Below the pieces are notes generated by a model that was given only the letters and a program-made list of their open reading frames with translations, searched no databases and had not been told where the DNA came from. A program made the translations under genes and the position numbers. Below are positions 14,301-28,402 of a stretch of DNA of 64,000 nucleotides, piece after piece. Source of the stretch: Eledone cirrhosa (lineage: Eukaryota). The stretch covers positions 44,392,001 to 44,456,000 of the forward strand of contig OZ024740.1 in the NCBI GenBank assembly GCA_964016885.1, read 5' to 3'. Positions within the stretch are counted from its first letter, which is position 1. Each line of letters starts with the position of its first letter.

Positions 14301-17300
14301 TGCTATATACATATCTAGTAACAATACCTATGTTTCTAGTAATACTATATACACGTCTAGTAACAATACCTATGTTTCTAGTGATACTTTATAATGTCTA
14401 GTAACAATACCTCTGTTTCTAGTAAAACTATATAATGCCTAGTACCATACCTATGTTTCTAGTGATACTATATAATGTCTAGTAACACTACCTATGTTTC
14501 TTCTGATACTATATACATGTCTAGTAACAATACCTATGTGTCTAATAATACAATATACACGTCTAGTAACACTACCTATGTTTCTAGTGATATTATATAC
14601 ATGTCTAGTAACACTACCTAAGTTTCAAGTGATACTATATAATGTCTAGTAACACTACTTATGTTTTTAGTAATACTATATAATGTCTAGTAACACTACC
14701 TATGTTTCTAGTAATACTATATAATGTCTAGTAACACTAACTATGTTTCTAGTAATACTATATACATGTCTAGTAACACTACCTATGTTTCGAGCTATAC
14801 TATATACATGTCTAGTAACACTACCTATGTTTCTAGCGATACTATATACATGTCTAGTTACAATACTTATGTTTCAAGTGATACTATATAATGTCTAGTA
14901 CCATACCTATGTTTCAAGTAATACTATATACATGTCTAGTAACACTACCTATGTTTCTAGTGATACTATATACATGTCTAGTAACACTACCTATGTTTCT
15001 AGTGATACTATATAATGTCTAGTAACACTACCTATGTTTCTAGTGATACTATATAATGTCTAGTAACAATACCTATGTTTCTAGTAATACATGTCTTGTC
15101 ACAGTACCTATGTTTCTAATGATATTATATACATGTATAGTAACACTACCTGTGTTTCTGGAGATACAATATACATGTCTTGTAACAATACGTATGTTTC
15201 GAGTATACTATATAAGGTCAGGTAACAATACCTATGTTTCTAGTAATACTATATAATGTCTAGTAAAAATACCTATGTTCTAGTGATATTATATACATGT
15301 CTAGTAATAATACTATATACATGTCTAGTATCACTACCTATGTTTCTAGTGATACTATATACATGTCTAGTAACACTACCTTTGTTTCTAATAATACTAT
15401 ATACATGTCTACTAACAATACCTATGTTTCTAGTGATAATATATACATGTCTAGTAACAATACCTATGTTTCTAGTAATAATATACACATGTCTCGTAAT
15501 ACTACATATGTTTCTAGTGATACTATATACATGTGTAGTACCAATACCTATGTTTCTAGTAATACTATATAATGTTTAATAACACGACATGTGTTTCTAG
15601 TGATACTATATACATGTCTAGTAAAAATACCTACGTTTCTAGTGATACTATATAATGTCTAGTAACACTACCTATGTTTTTAGTAATACTATATGCATGG
15701 CTAGTAATAACAATACCTATGTTTCTAGTGATACTATATAATGTCTAATAACAATACCTATGTTTCTAGTGATACTATATAATGTCTACTAACTATGTCT
15801 AGTACCAATACCTATGTTTCTAGTGATACTATATACATGTCTAGTTACAATACTTATGTTTCTAGTAATACTATATAATGTCTAGTAACACTACTTATGT
15901 TTCTAGCGATACTATATACATGTCTAGTTACAATACTTATGTTTCTAGTAATACTATATAATGTATAGTAACACCACCTATGTTTCCAGCGATACTATAT
16001 ACATGTCTAGCTACAATACCTATGTTTCTAGTAATACTATATACATGTCTAGTAACACTACCTCTGTTTCTAGTAATACTATATAATGTCTAGTAGCATA
16101 CCTATATTTCTAGTGATAATATATATATGTCTACTAACACTACCTATGTTTCTAGTGATACTATATACATGTCTAGTAACACTACCTATGTTTCTAGTGA
16201 TATTATACACATGTCTAGTAACAATACCTATGTTTCTAGCGATATTATATACATGTCTAGTAACACTACCTATGTTTCTAGTGATACTATATAATGTCTA
16301 GTAAAAATACCTATGTTTCTAGTGATATTATATACAAGTCTAGTAATAATACCTATGTTTCTAGTAATACTATATACATGTCTAGTAACAATACCTATGT
16401 TTCTAGTAATACTTGATAATGTCTAGTAACACTACCTATATTTCTAGTGATATAATATACATGTTTGTAACACTAACTATGTTTCAAGTCATACTATATA
16501 CATGTCTAGTAACAATATCTATGTTTCTAGTGATACTATATACATGTCTAGTAACATTACCTATGTTTCTTGTGATGCTATATACATATCTAGTAACAAT
16601 ACCTATGTTTCTAGTAATACTATATACACGTCTAGTAACAATACCTATGTTTCTAGTGATACTTTATAATGTCTAGTAACAATACCTCTGTTTCTAGTAA
16701 AACTATATAATGCCTAGTACCATACCTATGTTTCTAGTGATACTATATAATGTCTAGTAACACTACCTATGTTTCTTGTGATACTATATACATGTCTAGT
16801 AACAATACCTATGTGTCTAATAATACAATATACACGTCTAGTAACACTACCTATGTTTCTAGTGATATTATATACATGTCTAGTAACACTACCTAAGTTT
16901 CAAGTGATACTATATAATGTCTAGTAACACTACTTATGTTTTTAGTAATACTATATAATGTCTAGTAACACTACCTATGTTTCTAGTAGTACTATATACA
17001 TGTGTAGTAACACTACCTATGTTTCTAGTAATACTATATAATGTCTAGTAACACAAACTATGTTTCTGGTAATACTATATACATGTCTAGTAACACTACC
17101 TATGTTTCGAGCTATACTACATACAAGTCTAGTAACACTACCTATGTTTCTAGCGATACTATATACATGTCTAGTTACAATACTTATGTTTCAAGTGATA
17201 CTATATAATGTCTAGTAACAATACCTATGTTTCAAGTAATACTATATACATGTCTAGTAAGAATACCTATGTTTCTAGTGATACTATATAATGTCTAGTA

Positions 17301-20300
17301 ACATTACCTATGTTTCTGGTGATACTATATACATGTCTAGTAACACTACCTATGTTTCTAGTAATACTATATACATTTCTAGTAACACTACCTTTGTTTC
17401 TAATGATACTATATACATATCTACTAACAATACCTATGTCTCTAGTGATACTATATACATGTCTAGTAACAATACCTATTTTTTAGTGATACTATATAAA
17501 TGTCTAGTAACAATACCTATGTTTCTAGTGATACTATATACATGTCTAGCAACAATACATATGTTTCTAGTGATACTATATAATGTCTAGTAACAATAAC
17601 TATGTTTCTGGTGATACTATATACATGTCTAGTTAAAATACCTATGTTTCTAGTATACTATATAATGTCTAGTAACATACCTATGTTTCTAGTAATACTA
17701 TATACATGTCTAGGAACACTACCTATGTTTCTAGTGATACTATATACATGTCTAGTAACACTACCTATGTTTCTAGTGATACTATATAATGTCTAGTAAA
17801 AATACCTATGTTTCTAGTGATATTATATACATGTCTAGTAATAATACTATATACATGTCTAGTAACACTACCTATGTTTCTAGTAAGACTATATACATGT
17901 CTAGTAACACTACCTTTGTTTCTAATGATACTATATACATATTTACTAACAATACCTATGTTTCTAGTGATACTATATAATGTCTAGTAACAATACCTAT
18001 GTTTCTAGTAATATTATATACATGTCTAGCAACAATACCTATGTTTCTAGTGATACTATATAATGTCTAGTAACACTACCTATATTTCTAGTGATAATAT
18101 TTACATGTCTATTAACAATACCTATGTTTCTAGTAATATTATATACATGTCTAGTAAAAAATACCTATGTTTCTAGTAATACTATATAATGTTTAATAAC
18201 AGGACATATGTTTCTAGTGATACTATATACATGTCTAGTAAAAATACCTACGTTTCTAGTGATACTATATAATGTCTAGTAACACTACCTATGTTTCTAG
18301 TAATACTATATGCATGTCTAGTAATAACAATACCTATGTTTCTAGTGATACTATATAATGTCTAATAACAATACCTATGTTTCTAGTGATACTATATAAT
18401 GTCTAATAAAAATACATATATTTCTAGTAATACAATATACATGTCTAGTAACAATACTTATGTTTCTAGTGATACGATATACATGTCTAGTAACAATACC
18501 TATGTTTCTAGTAATACTATATTCATGTCTAGTAAGAATACCTATGTCTCTAGTAATACTATATACATGTCTAGTAACAATATCTATGTTTCTAGTGATA
18601 ATATATTCATGTCTAGTAACAAAACATATGTTTCTAGTAATACAATATAATGTCTAGTACCATACCTATGTTTCTAGTGATACTGTATACATGTATAGTA
18701 ACACTAACTATGTTTCAAGTCATACTATATACATGTCTAGTAACAATATCTATGTTTCTAGTGATACTATATACATGTCTAGTAACATTACCTATGTTTC
18801 TAGTGATGCTATATACATATCTAGTAACAATACCTATGTTTCTAGTAATACTATATACACGTCTAGTAACAACACCTATGTTTCTAGTGATACTTTATAA
18901 TGTCTAGTAACAATACCTCTGTTTCTAGTAATACTATATAATGCCTAGTACCATACCTATGTTTCTAGTGATACTATATAATGTCTAGTAACACTACCTA
19001 TGTTTCTAGTGATACTATATACATGTCTAGTAACAATACCTATGTGTCTAATAATACAATATACACGTCTAGTAACACTACCTATGTTTCTAGTGATATT
19101 ATATACATGTCTAGTAACACTACCTAAGTTTCAAGTGATACTATATAATGTCTAGTAACACTACTTATGTTTTTAGTAATACTATATAATGTCTAGTAAC
19201 ACTACCTATGTTTCTAGTAGTACTATATACATGTGTAGTAACACTACCTATGTTTCTAGTAATACTATATAATGTCTAGTAACACTACCTATGTTTCTAG
19301 TAATACTATATACATGTCTAGTAACACTACCTATGTTTCGAGCTATACTATATACATGTCTAGTAACACTACCTATATTTCTAGTGATACTATATACATG
19401 TCTAGTAACACTACCTATGTTTCTAGTGATACAATATACATGTCTAGTAACATTACCTATGTTTTTAGTGATACTATATAATGTCTAGTAACAATACCTA
19501 TGTTTCTAGCGATACTATATACATGTCTAGTAACAATACCTATGTTTCTAGTAATGCTATATAATGTCTAGTAACACTACCTATGTTTCTATTAAATACT
19601 ATATACATGTCTAGTAACAATAGCTATGTTTCTAGTGATACTATATAATGTCTAGTAACAATACCTATGTTTCTAGTAATACATGTCTTGTCACAATACC
19701 TATGTTTCTAATGATATTATATACATGTATAGTAACACTACCTATGTTTCTGGAGATACTATATACATGTCTAGTAACAATACGTATGTTTCTAGTATAC
19801 TATATAAGGTCTAGTAACAATACCTATGTTTCTAGTAATACTATATACATGTCTAGTAACACTACCTATGTTTCTTGTGATACTACATACATGTCTAGTA
19901 ACACTACCTATGTTTCTAGTGATACTATATACATGTCTAGTAACACTACCTATGTTTCTAGTGATACTATATAATGTCTAGTAACACTACCTATGTTTCT
20001 AGTGATACTATATAATGTCTAGTAACAATACCTATGTTTCTAGTAATACATGTCTTGTCACAGTACCTATGTTTCTAATGATATTATATACATGTATAGT
20101 AACACTACCTGTGTTTCTGGAGATACAATATACATGTCTAGTAACAATACGTATGTTTCTAGTATACTATATAAGGTCAGGTAACAATACCTATGTTTCT
20201 AGTAATACTATATAATGTCTAGTAAAAATACCTATGTTTCTAGTGATATTATATACATGTCTAGTAATAATACTATATACATATCTAGTAACACTACCTA

Positions 20301-23300
20301 TGTTTCTAGTGATACTATATACATGTCTAGTAACACTACCTTTGTTTCTAATAATACTATATACATGTCTACTAATAATACCTATGTTTCTAGTGATAAT
20401 ATATACATGTCTAGTAACAATACCTATGTTTCTAGTAATAATATACACATGTCTAGTAATACTACATATGTTTCTAGTGATACTATATACATGTGTAGTA
20501 CCAATACCTATGTTTCTAGTAATACTATATAATGTCTAGCAACAATACCTCTGTTTCTAGTGATAATATATAATGTCTAGTAAAACTACCTATGTTTCTA
20601 GTGATAATATTTACATGTCTATTAACAATACCTGTGTTTCTAGTAATATTATATACGTGTCTAGTAAAAAATACCTATGTTTCTAGTAATACTATATAAT
20701 GTTTAATAACACGACATGTGTTTCTAGTGATACTATATACATGTCTAGTAAAAATACCTACGTTTCTAGTGCTACTATATAATGTCTAGTAACACTACCT
20801 ATGTTTCTAGTAATACTATATGCATGTCTAGTAATAACAATACCTATGTTTCTAGTGATACTATATAATGTCTAATAACAATACCTATGTTTCTAGTGAT
20901 ACTATATAATGTGTAATAAAAATACATATATTTCTAGTAATACTATATACATGTCTAGTAACAATACCTATGTTTCTAGTGATACTATATAATGTCTACT
21001 AACTATGTCTAGTACCAATACCTATGTTTCTAGTGATACTATATACATGTCTAGTTACAATACTTATGTTTCTAGTAATACTATATAATGTCTAGTTACA
21101 CTACTTATGTTTCTAGCGATACTATATACATGTCTAGTTACAATACTTATGTTTCTAGTAATACTATATAATGTCTAGTAACACCACCTATGTTTCCAGC
21201 GATACTATATACATGTCTAGCTACAATACCTATGTTTCTGGTGATACTATATACATGTCTAGTAACAATACCTATGTTTCTAGTAATACTATATACATGT
21301 CTAGTAACACTACCTCTGTTTCTAGTAATACTATATAATGTCTAGTAGCATACCTATGTTTCTAGTGATAATATATATATGTCTACTAACACTACCTATG
21401 TTTCTAGTGATATTATATACATGTCTAGTAACACTACCTATGTTTCTAGTGATACTATACACATGTCTAGTAACAATACCTATGTTTCTAGCGATATTAT
21501 ATACGTGTCTAGTAACACTACCCATGTTTCTAGTGATACTATATAATGTCTAGTAAAAATACCTATGTTTCTAGTGATATTATATACAAGTCTAGTAATA
21601 ATACCTATGTTTCTAGTGATACTATATACATGTTTAGTAACAATACCTATGTTTCTAGTGATACTATATAATGTCTAGTACCATACCTATATTTCTAGTG
21701 ATACTGTATACATGTATAGTAACACTAACTATGTTTCAAGTCATACTATATACATGTCTAGTAACAATATCTATGTTTCTAGTGATACTATATACATGTC
21801 TAGTAACAATACCTATGTTTCTTGTGATGCTATATACATATCTAGTAACAATACCTATGTTTCTAGTAATACTATATACACGTCTAGTAACATTACCTAT
21901 GTTTCTTGTGATGCTATATACATATCTAGTAACAATACCTATGTTTCTAGTAATACTATATACACGTCTAGTAACAATACCTATGTTTCTAGTGATACTT
22001 TATAATGTCTAGTAACAATACCTCTGTTTCTAGTAAAACTATATAATGCCTAGTACCATACCTATGTTTCTAGTGATACTATATAATGTCTAGTAACACT
22101 ACCTATGTTTCTTGTGATACTATATACATGTCTAGTAACAATACCTATGTGTCTAATAATACAATATACACGTCTAGTAACACTACCTATGTTTCTAGTG
22201 ATATTATATACATGTCTAGTAACACTACCTAAGTTTCAAGTGATACTATATAATGTCTAGTAACACTACTTATGTTTTTAGTAATACTATATAATGTCTA
22301 GTAACACTACCTATGTTTCTAGTAATACTATATAATGTCTAGTAACACTAACTATGTTTCTAGTAATACTATATACATGTCTAGTAACACTACCTATGTT
22401 TCGAGCTATACTATATACATGTCTAGTAACACTACCTATGTTTCTAGCGATACTATATACATGTCTAGTTACAATACTTATGTTTCAAGTGATACTATAT
22501 AATGTCTAGTACCATACCTATGTTTCAAGTAATACTATATACATGTCTAGTAACACTACCTATGTTTCTAGTGATACTATATACATGTCTAGTAACACTA
22601 CCTATGTTTCTAGTGATACTATATAATGTCTAGTAACACTACCTATGTTTCTAGTGATACTATATAATGTCTAGTAACAATACCTATGTTTCTAGTAATA
22701 CATGTCTTGTCACAGTACCTATGTTTCTAATGATATTATATACATGTATAGTAACACTACCTGTGTTTCTGGAGATACAATATACATGTCTTGTAACAAT
22801 ACGTATGTTTCGAGTATACTATATAAGGTCAGGTAACAATACCTATGTTTCTAGTAATACTATATAATGTCTAGTAAAAATACCTATGTTCTAGTGATAT
22901 TATATACATGTCTAGTAATAATACTATATACATGTCTAGTATTACTACCTATGTTTCTAGTGATACTATATACATGTCTAGTAACACTACCTTTGTTTCT
23001 AATAATACTATATACATGTCTACTAACAATACCTATGTTTCTAGTGATAATATATACATGTCTAGTAACAATACCTATGTTTCTAGTAATAATATACACA
23101 TGTCTAGTAATACTACATATGTTTCTAGTGATACTATATACATGTGTAGTACCAATACCTATGTTTCTAGTAATACTATATAATGTTTAATAACACGACA
23201 TGTGTTTCTAGTGATACTATATACATGTCTAGTAAAAATACCTACGTTTCTAGTGATACTATATAATGTCTAGTAACACTACCTATGTTTTTAGTAATAC

Positions 23301-25195
23301 TATATGCATGGCTAGTAATAACAATACCTATGTTTCTAGTGATACTATATAATGTCTAATAACAATACCTATGTTTCTAGTGATACTATATAATGTCTAA
23401 TAAAAATACATATATTTCTAGTAATACTATATACATGTCTAGTAACAATACCTATGTTTCTAGTGATACTATATAATGTCTACTAACTATGTCTAGTACC
23501 AATACCTATGTTTCTAGTGATACTATATACATGTCTAGTTACAATACTTATGTTTCTAGTAATACTATATAATGTCTAGTAACACTACTTATGTTTCTAG
23601 CGATACTATATACATGTCTAGTTACAATACTTATGTTTCTAGTAATACTATATAATGTATAGTAACACCACCTATGTTTCCAGCGATACTATATACATGT
23701 CTAGCTACAATACCTATGTTTCTAGTAATACTATATACATGTCTAGTAACACTACCTCTGTTTCTAGTAATACTATATAATGTCTAGTAGCATACCTATA
23801 TTTCTAGTGATAATATATATATGTCTACTAACACTACCTATGTTTCTAGTGATACTATATACATGTCTAGTAACACTACCTATGTTTCTAGTGATATTAT
23901 ACACATGTCTAGTAACAATACCTATGTTTCTAGCGATATTATATACATGTCTAGTAACACTACCTATGTTTCTAGTGATACTATATAATGTCTAGTAAAA
24001 ATACCTATGTTTCTAGTGATATTATATACAAGTCTAGTAATAATACCTATGTTTCTAGTAATACTATATACATGTCTAGTAACAATACCTATGTTTCTAG
24101 TAATACTTGATAATGTCTAGTAACACTACCTATATTTCTAGTGATATAATATACATGTCTAGTAACACTAACTATGTTTCAAGTCATACTATATACATGT
24201 CTAGTAACAATATCTATGTTTCTAGTGATACTATATACATGTCTAGTAACATTACCTATGTTTCTTGTGATGCTATATACATATCTAGTAACAATACCTA
24301 TGTTTCTAGTAATACTATATACACGTCTAGTAACAATACCTATGTTTCTAGTGATACTTTATAATGTCTAGTAACAATACCTCTGTTTCTAGTAAAACTA
24401 TATAATGCCTAGTACCATACCTATGTTTCTAGTGATACTATATAATGTCTAGTAACACTACCTATGTTTCTTGTGATACTATATACATGTCTAGTAACAA
24501 TACCTATGTGTCTAATAATACAATATACACGTCTAGTAACACTACCTATGTTTCTAGTGATATTATATACATGTCTAGTAACACTACCTAAGTTTCAAGT
24601 GATACTATATAATGTCTAGTAACACTACTTATGTTTTTAGTAATACTATATAATGTCTAGTAACACTACCTATGTTTCTAGTAGTACTATATACATGTGT
24701 AGTAACACTACCTATGTTTCTAGTAATACTATATAATGTCTAGTAACACAAACTATGTTTCTGGTAATACTATATACATGTCTAGTAACACTACCTATGT
24801 TTCGAGCTATACTACATACAAGTCTAGTAACACTACCTATGTTTCTAGCGATACTATATACATGTCTAGTTACAATACTTATGTTTCAAGTGATACTATA
24901 TAATGTCTAGTAACAATACCTATGTTTCAAGTAATACTATATACATGTCTAGTAACAATACCTATGTTTCTAGTGATACTATATAATGTCTAGTAACATT
25001 ACCTATGTTTCTGGTGATACTATATACATGTCTAGTAACACTACCTATGTTTCTAGTAATACTATATACATTTCTAGTAACACTACCTTTGTTTCTAATG
25101 ATACTATATACATATCTACTAACAATACCTATGTTTCTAGTGATACTATATACATGTCTAGTAACAATACCTATTTTTTAGTGATACTATATAAA
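2320..25195 (+). repeat. Higher-order repeat of ~7.5-7.7 kb (mode 7611 bp), about three tandem copies
   Basis: Rare variants and identical ORF-track peptides recur at near-constant offsets: 2422/9991/17602, 4551/12037/19648, 6199/13727/21338, 7444/15056/22667, 9680/17291/24986. Confidence 0.93.
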
Positions 25196-28100
25196 TGTCT
25201 AGTAACAATATCTATGTTTTTAGTGATACTATATAAATGTCTAGTAACAATATCTATGTTTCTGGTGATACTATATACATGTCTAGTAATAATACTATAT
25301 AATGTCTAGTAACAATACCTATGTTTCTAGTAATATTATATACATGTCTAGTAATACTACATATGTTTCTAGTGATACTATATACATGTGTAGTACCAAT
25401 ACCTATGTTCCTAGTAATACTATATAATGTCTAGTAAAATTACCTATGTTTCTAGTGATACTATATAATGTCTAGTAACACTACCTATATTTCTAGTGAT
25501 AATATTTACATGTCTATTAACAATACCTATGTTTCTAGTAATATTATATACATGTCTAGTAAAAAATACCTATGTTTCTAGTAATACTATATAATGTTTA
25601 ATAACACGACATATGTTTCTAGTGATACTATATACATGTCTAGTAAAAATACCTACGTTTCTAGTGATACTATATAATGTCTAGTAACACTACCTATGTT
25701 TCTAGTAATACTATATGCATGTCTAGTAATAACAATATCTATGTTTCTAGTGATACTATATAATGTCTAATAACAATACCTATGTTTCTAGTGATAATAT
25801 TTACATGTCTAGTAACAATACCTATGTTTCTAGTGATACTATATAATGTGTAATAAAAATACATATATTTCTAGTAATACTATATACATGTCAAGTAACA
25901 ATACCTATTTTTCTAGTGATACTATATAATGTCTAGTAACACTACCTATGTTTCTAGTAATACAATATACATGTCTAGTAACAATACTTATGTTTCTAGT
26001 GATACGATATACATGTCTAGTAACAATACCTATGTTTCTAGTAATACTATATACATGTCTAGTAAGAATACCTATGTCTCTAGTAATACTATATACATGT
26101 CTAGTAACAATATCTATGTTTCTAGTGATAATATATTCATGTCTAGTAACAATACATATGTTTCTAGTAATACAATATAATGTCTAGTACCATACCTATA
26201 TTTCTAGTGATACTGTATACATGTATAGTAACACTAACTATGTTTCAAGTCATACTAAATACATGTCTAGTAACAATATCTATGTTTCTAGTGATAATAT
26301 ATACATGTCTAGTAACATTACCTATGTTTCTAGTGATGCTATATACATATCTAGTAACAATACCTATGTTTCTAGTAATACTATATACACGTCTAGTAAC
26401 AATACCTATGTTTCTAGTGATACTTTATAATGTCTAGTAACAATACCTCTGTTTCTAGTAATACTATATAATGCCTAGTACCATACCTATGTTTCTAGTG
26501 ATACTATATAATGTCTAGTAACACTACCTATGTTTCTAGTGATACTATATACATGTCTAGTAACAATACCTATGTGTCTAATAATACAATATACACGTCT
26601 AGTAACACTACCTATGTTTCTAGTGATATTATATACATGTCTAGTAACACTACCTAAGTTTCAAGTGATACTATATAATGTCTAGTAACACTACTTATGT
26701 TTTTAGTAATACTATATAATGTCTAGTATCACTACCTATGTTTCTGGTAGTACTATATACATGTGTAGTAACACTACCTATGTTTCTAGTAATACTATAT
26801 AATGTCTAGTAACTCTACCTATGTTTCTAGTTATATTATATACATGTCTAGTAACACTACCTATGTTTCGAGCTATACTATATACATGTCTAGTAACACT
26901 ACCTATGTTTCTAGCGATACTATATACACGTCTAGTTACAATAATTATGTTTCAAGAGATACTATATAATGTCTAGTACCATACCTATGTTTCAAGTAAT
27001 ACTATATACATGTCTAGTAACAATACCCATGTTTCTAGTCATAGTATATAATGTCTAGTAACAATACCTATGTTTCTAATGATAATATATACATGTCTAG
27101 TAACACTACCTATGTTTCTAGTGATACTATATACAAGTCTAGTAACAATACCTATGTTTCTAGTAACACTATATACATGTCTAGTAACACTACCTATGTT
27201 TCTAGTAATATTATATACATGTCTAATAACAATACCTATGTTTCTAGTGATACTATATACATGTCTAGTAACAATACCTATTTTTTAGTGATACTATATA
27301 AATGTCTAGTAACAATATCTATGTTTTTAGTGATACTATATACATGTCTAGTAACACTTCATATGTTTCTAGTGATACTATATACATGTCTATTACCAAT
27401 ACATATGTTTCTAGTAATACTATATAATGTCTAGCAACAATATCTATGTTTCTAGTGATACCATATAATATCTAGTAACAATACCTATGTTTCTAGTGAT
27501 AATATTTACATGTCTAGGAACAATACCTATGTTTCTAGTAATATTATATACATGTCTAGTAACACTACCTATGTTTCTAGTGATACTATATACATGTCTA
27601 GTAACACTACCTATGTTTCTAGTAATACTATATACTTGTCTAGTAACAATACATATATTTCTAGTGATACGATATATATGTCTAGTAACACTACCTATGT
27701 TTCTAGTGATACTATATAATGTCTAGTAACAATACATATATTTCTAGTAATAATATATACATGTCTAATAACAATACCCGTGTTTCTAGTGATACTATAT
27801 AATGTCTAGTAACAATACATATGTTTCTAGTAATATTATATACATGTCCAGTAACACTACCTATGTTTCTCGTGATAGTATATAATATATAGTAACACTA
27901 CCTATGTTTCTAATGATACTATATACATGTCTAGTAACAATACCTATGTTTCTAGTGATACTATATAATTAATAGTAACACTACCTATGTTTCTAGTGAT
28001 AGTATATAATGTCTAGTAACAATACCTATGTTTCTATTGATAATATATACATGTCTAGTAACAATACCTATGTTTCTAGTGATACTATATACATGTCTAG

Positions 28101-28219
28101 TAACAGTACCTATGTTTCTAGTACTACAATATACATGTCTAGTAACACTACCTATGTTTCTAGTAATACTATATACACGTCTAGTAACAATACCTATGTT
28201 CCTAGTGATACTATATAAT

Positions 28220-28402
28220 TGTTTCTACTTTAGGCACAAGGCCAGCAATTACCAGTGCATTACTGGTACTTTCTTTTATCGACCCCGTAAGGATGAAAGG
28301 CAAAGTCAACCTCGGCGGGATTTGAACTCAGATGGTAAAGGGACGTAACTATGCTGGAAAGCATGGCGTCCGACCCTCTACCGATACTGCCAATCCACCG
28401 CC
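28220..28402 (-). mobile_element. tRNA-derived SINE inserted in the satellite, 18-bp TSD
   Basis: Minus strand reads GGCGGTGGATTGGCAGTATCGGTAGAG (A-box-like) ... GAGTTCAAATCC (B-box) ... GACTTTGCCTTTCATCCTTACGGGGTCGATAAAA. Flanking direct repeat CTAGTGATACTATATAAT at 28202-28219 and 28403-28420. Confidence 0.88.
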
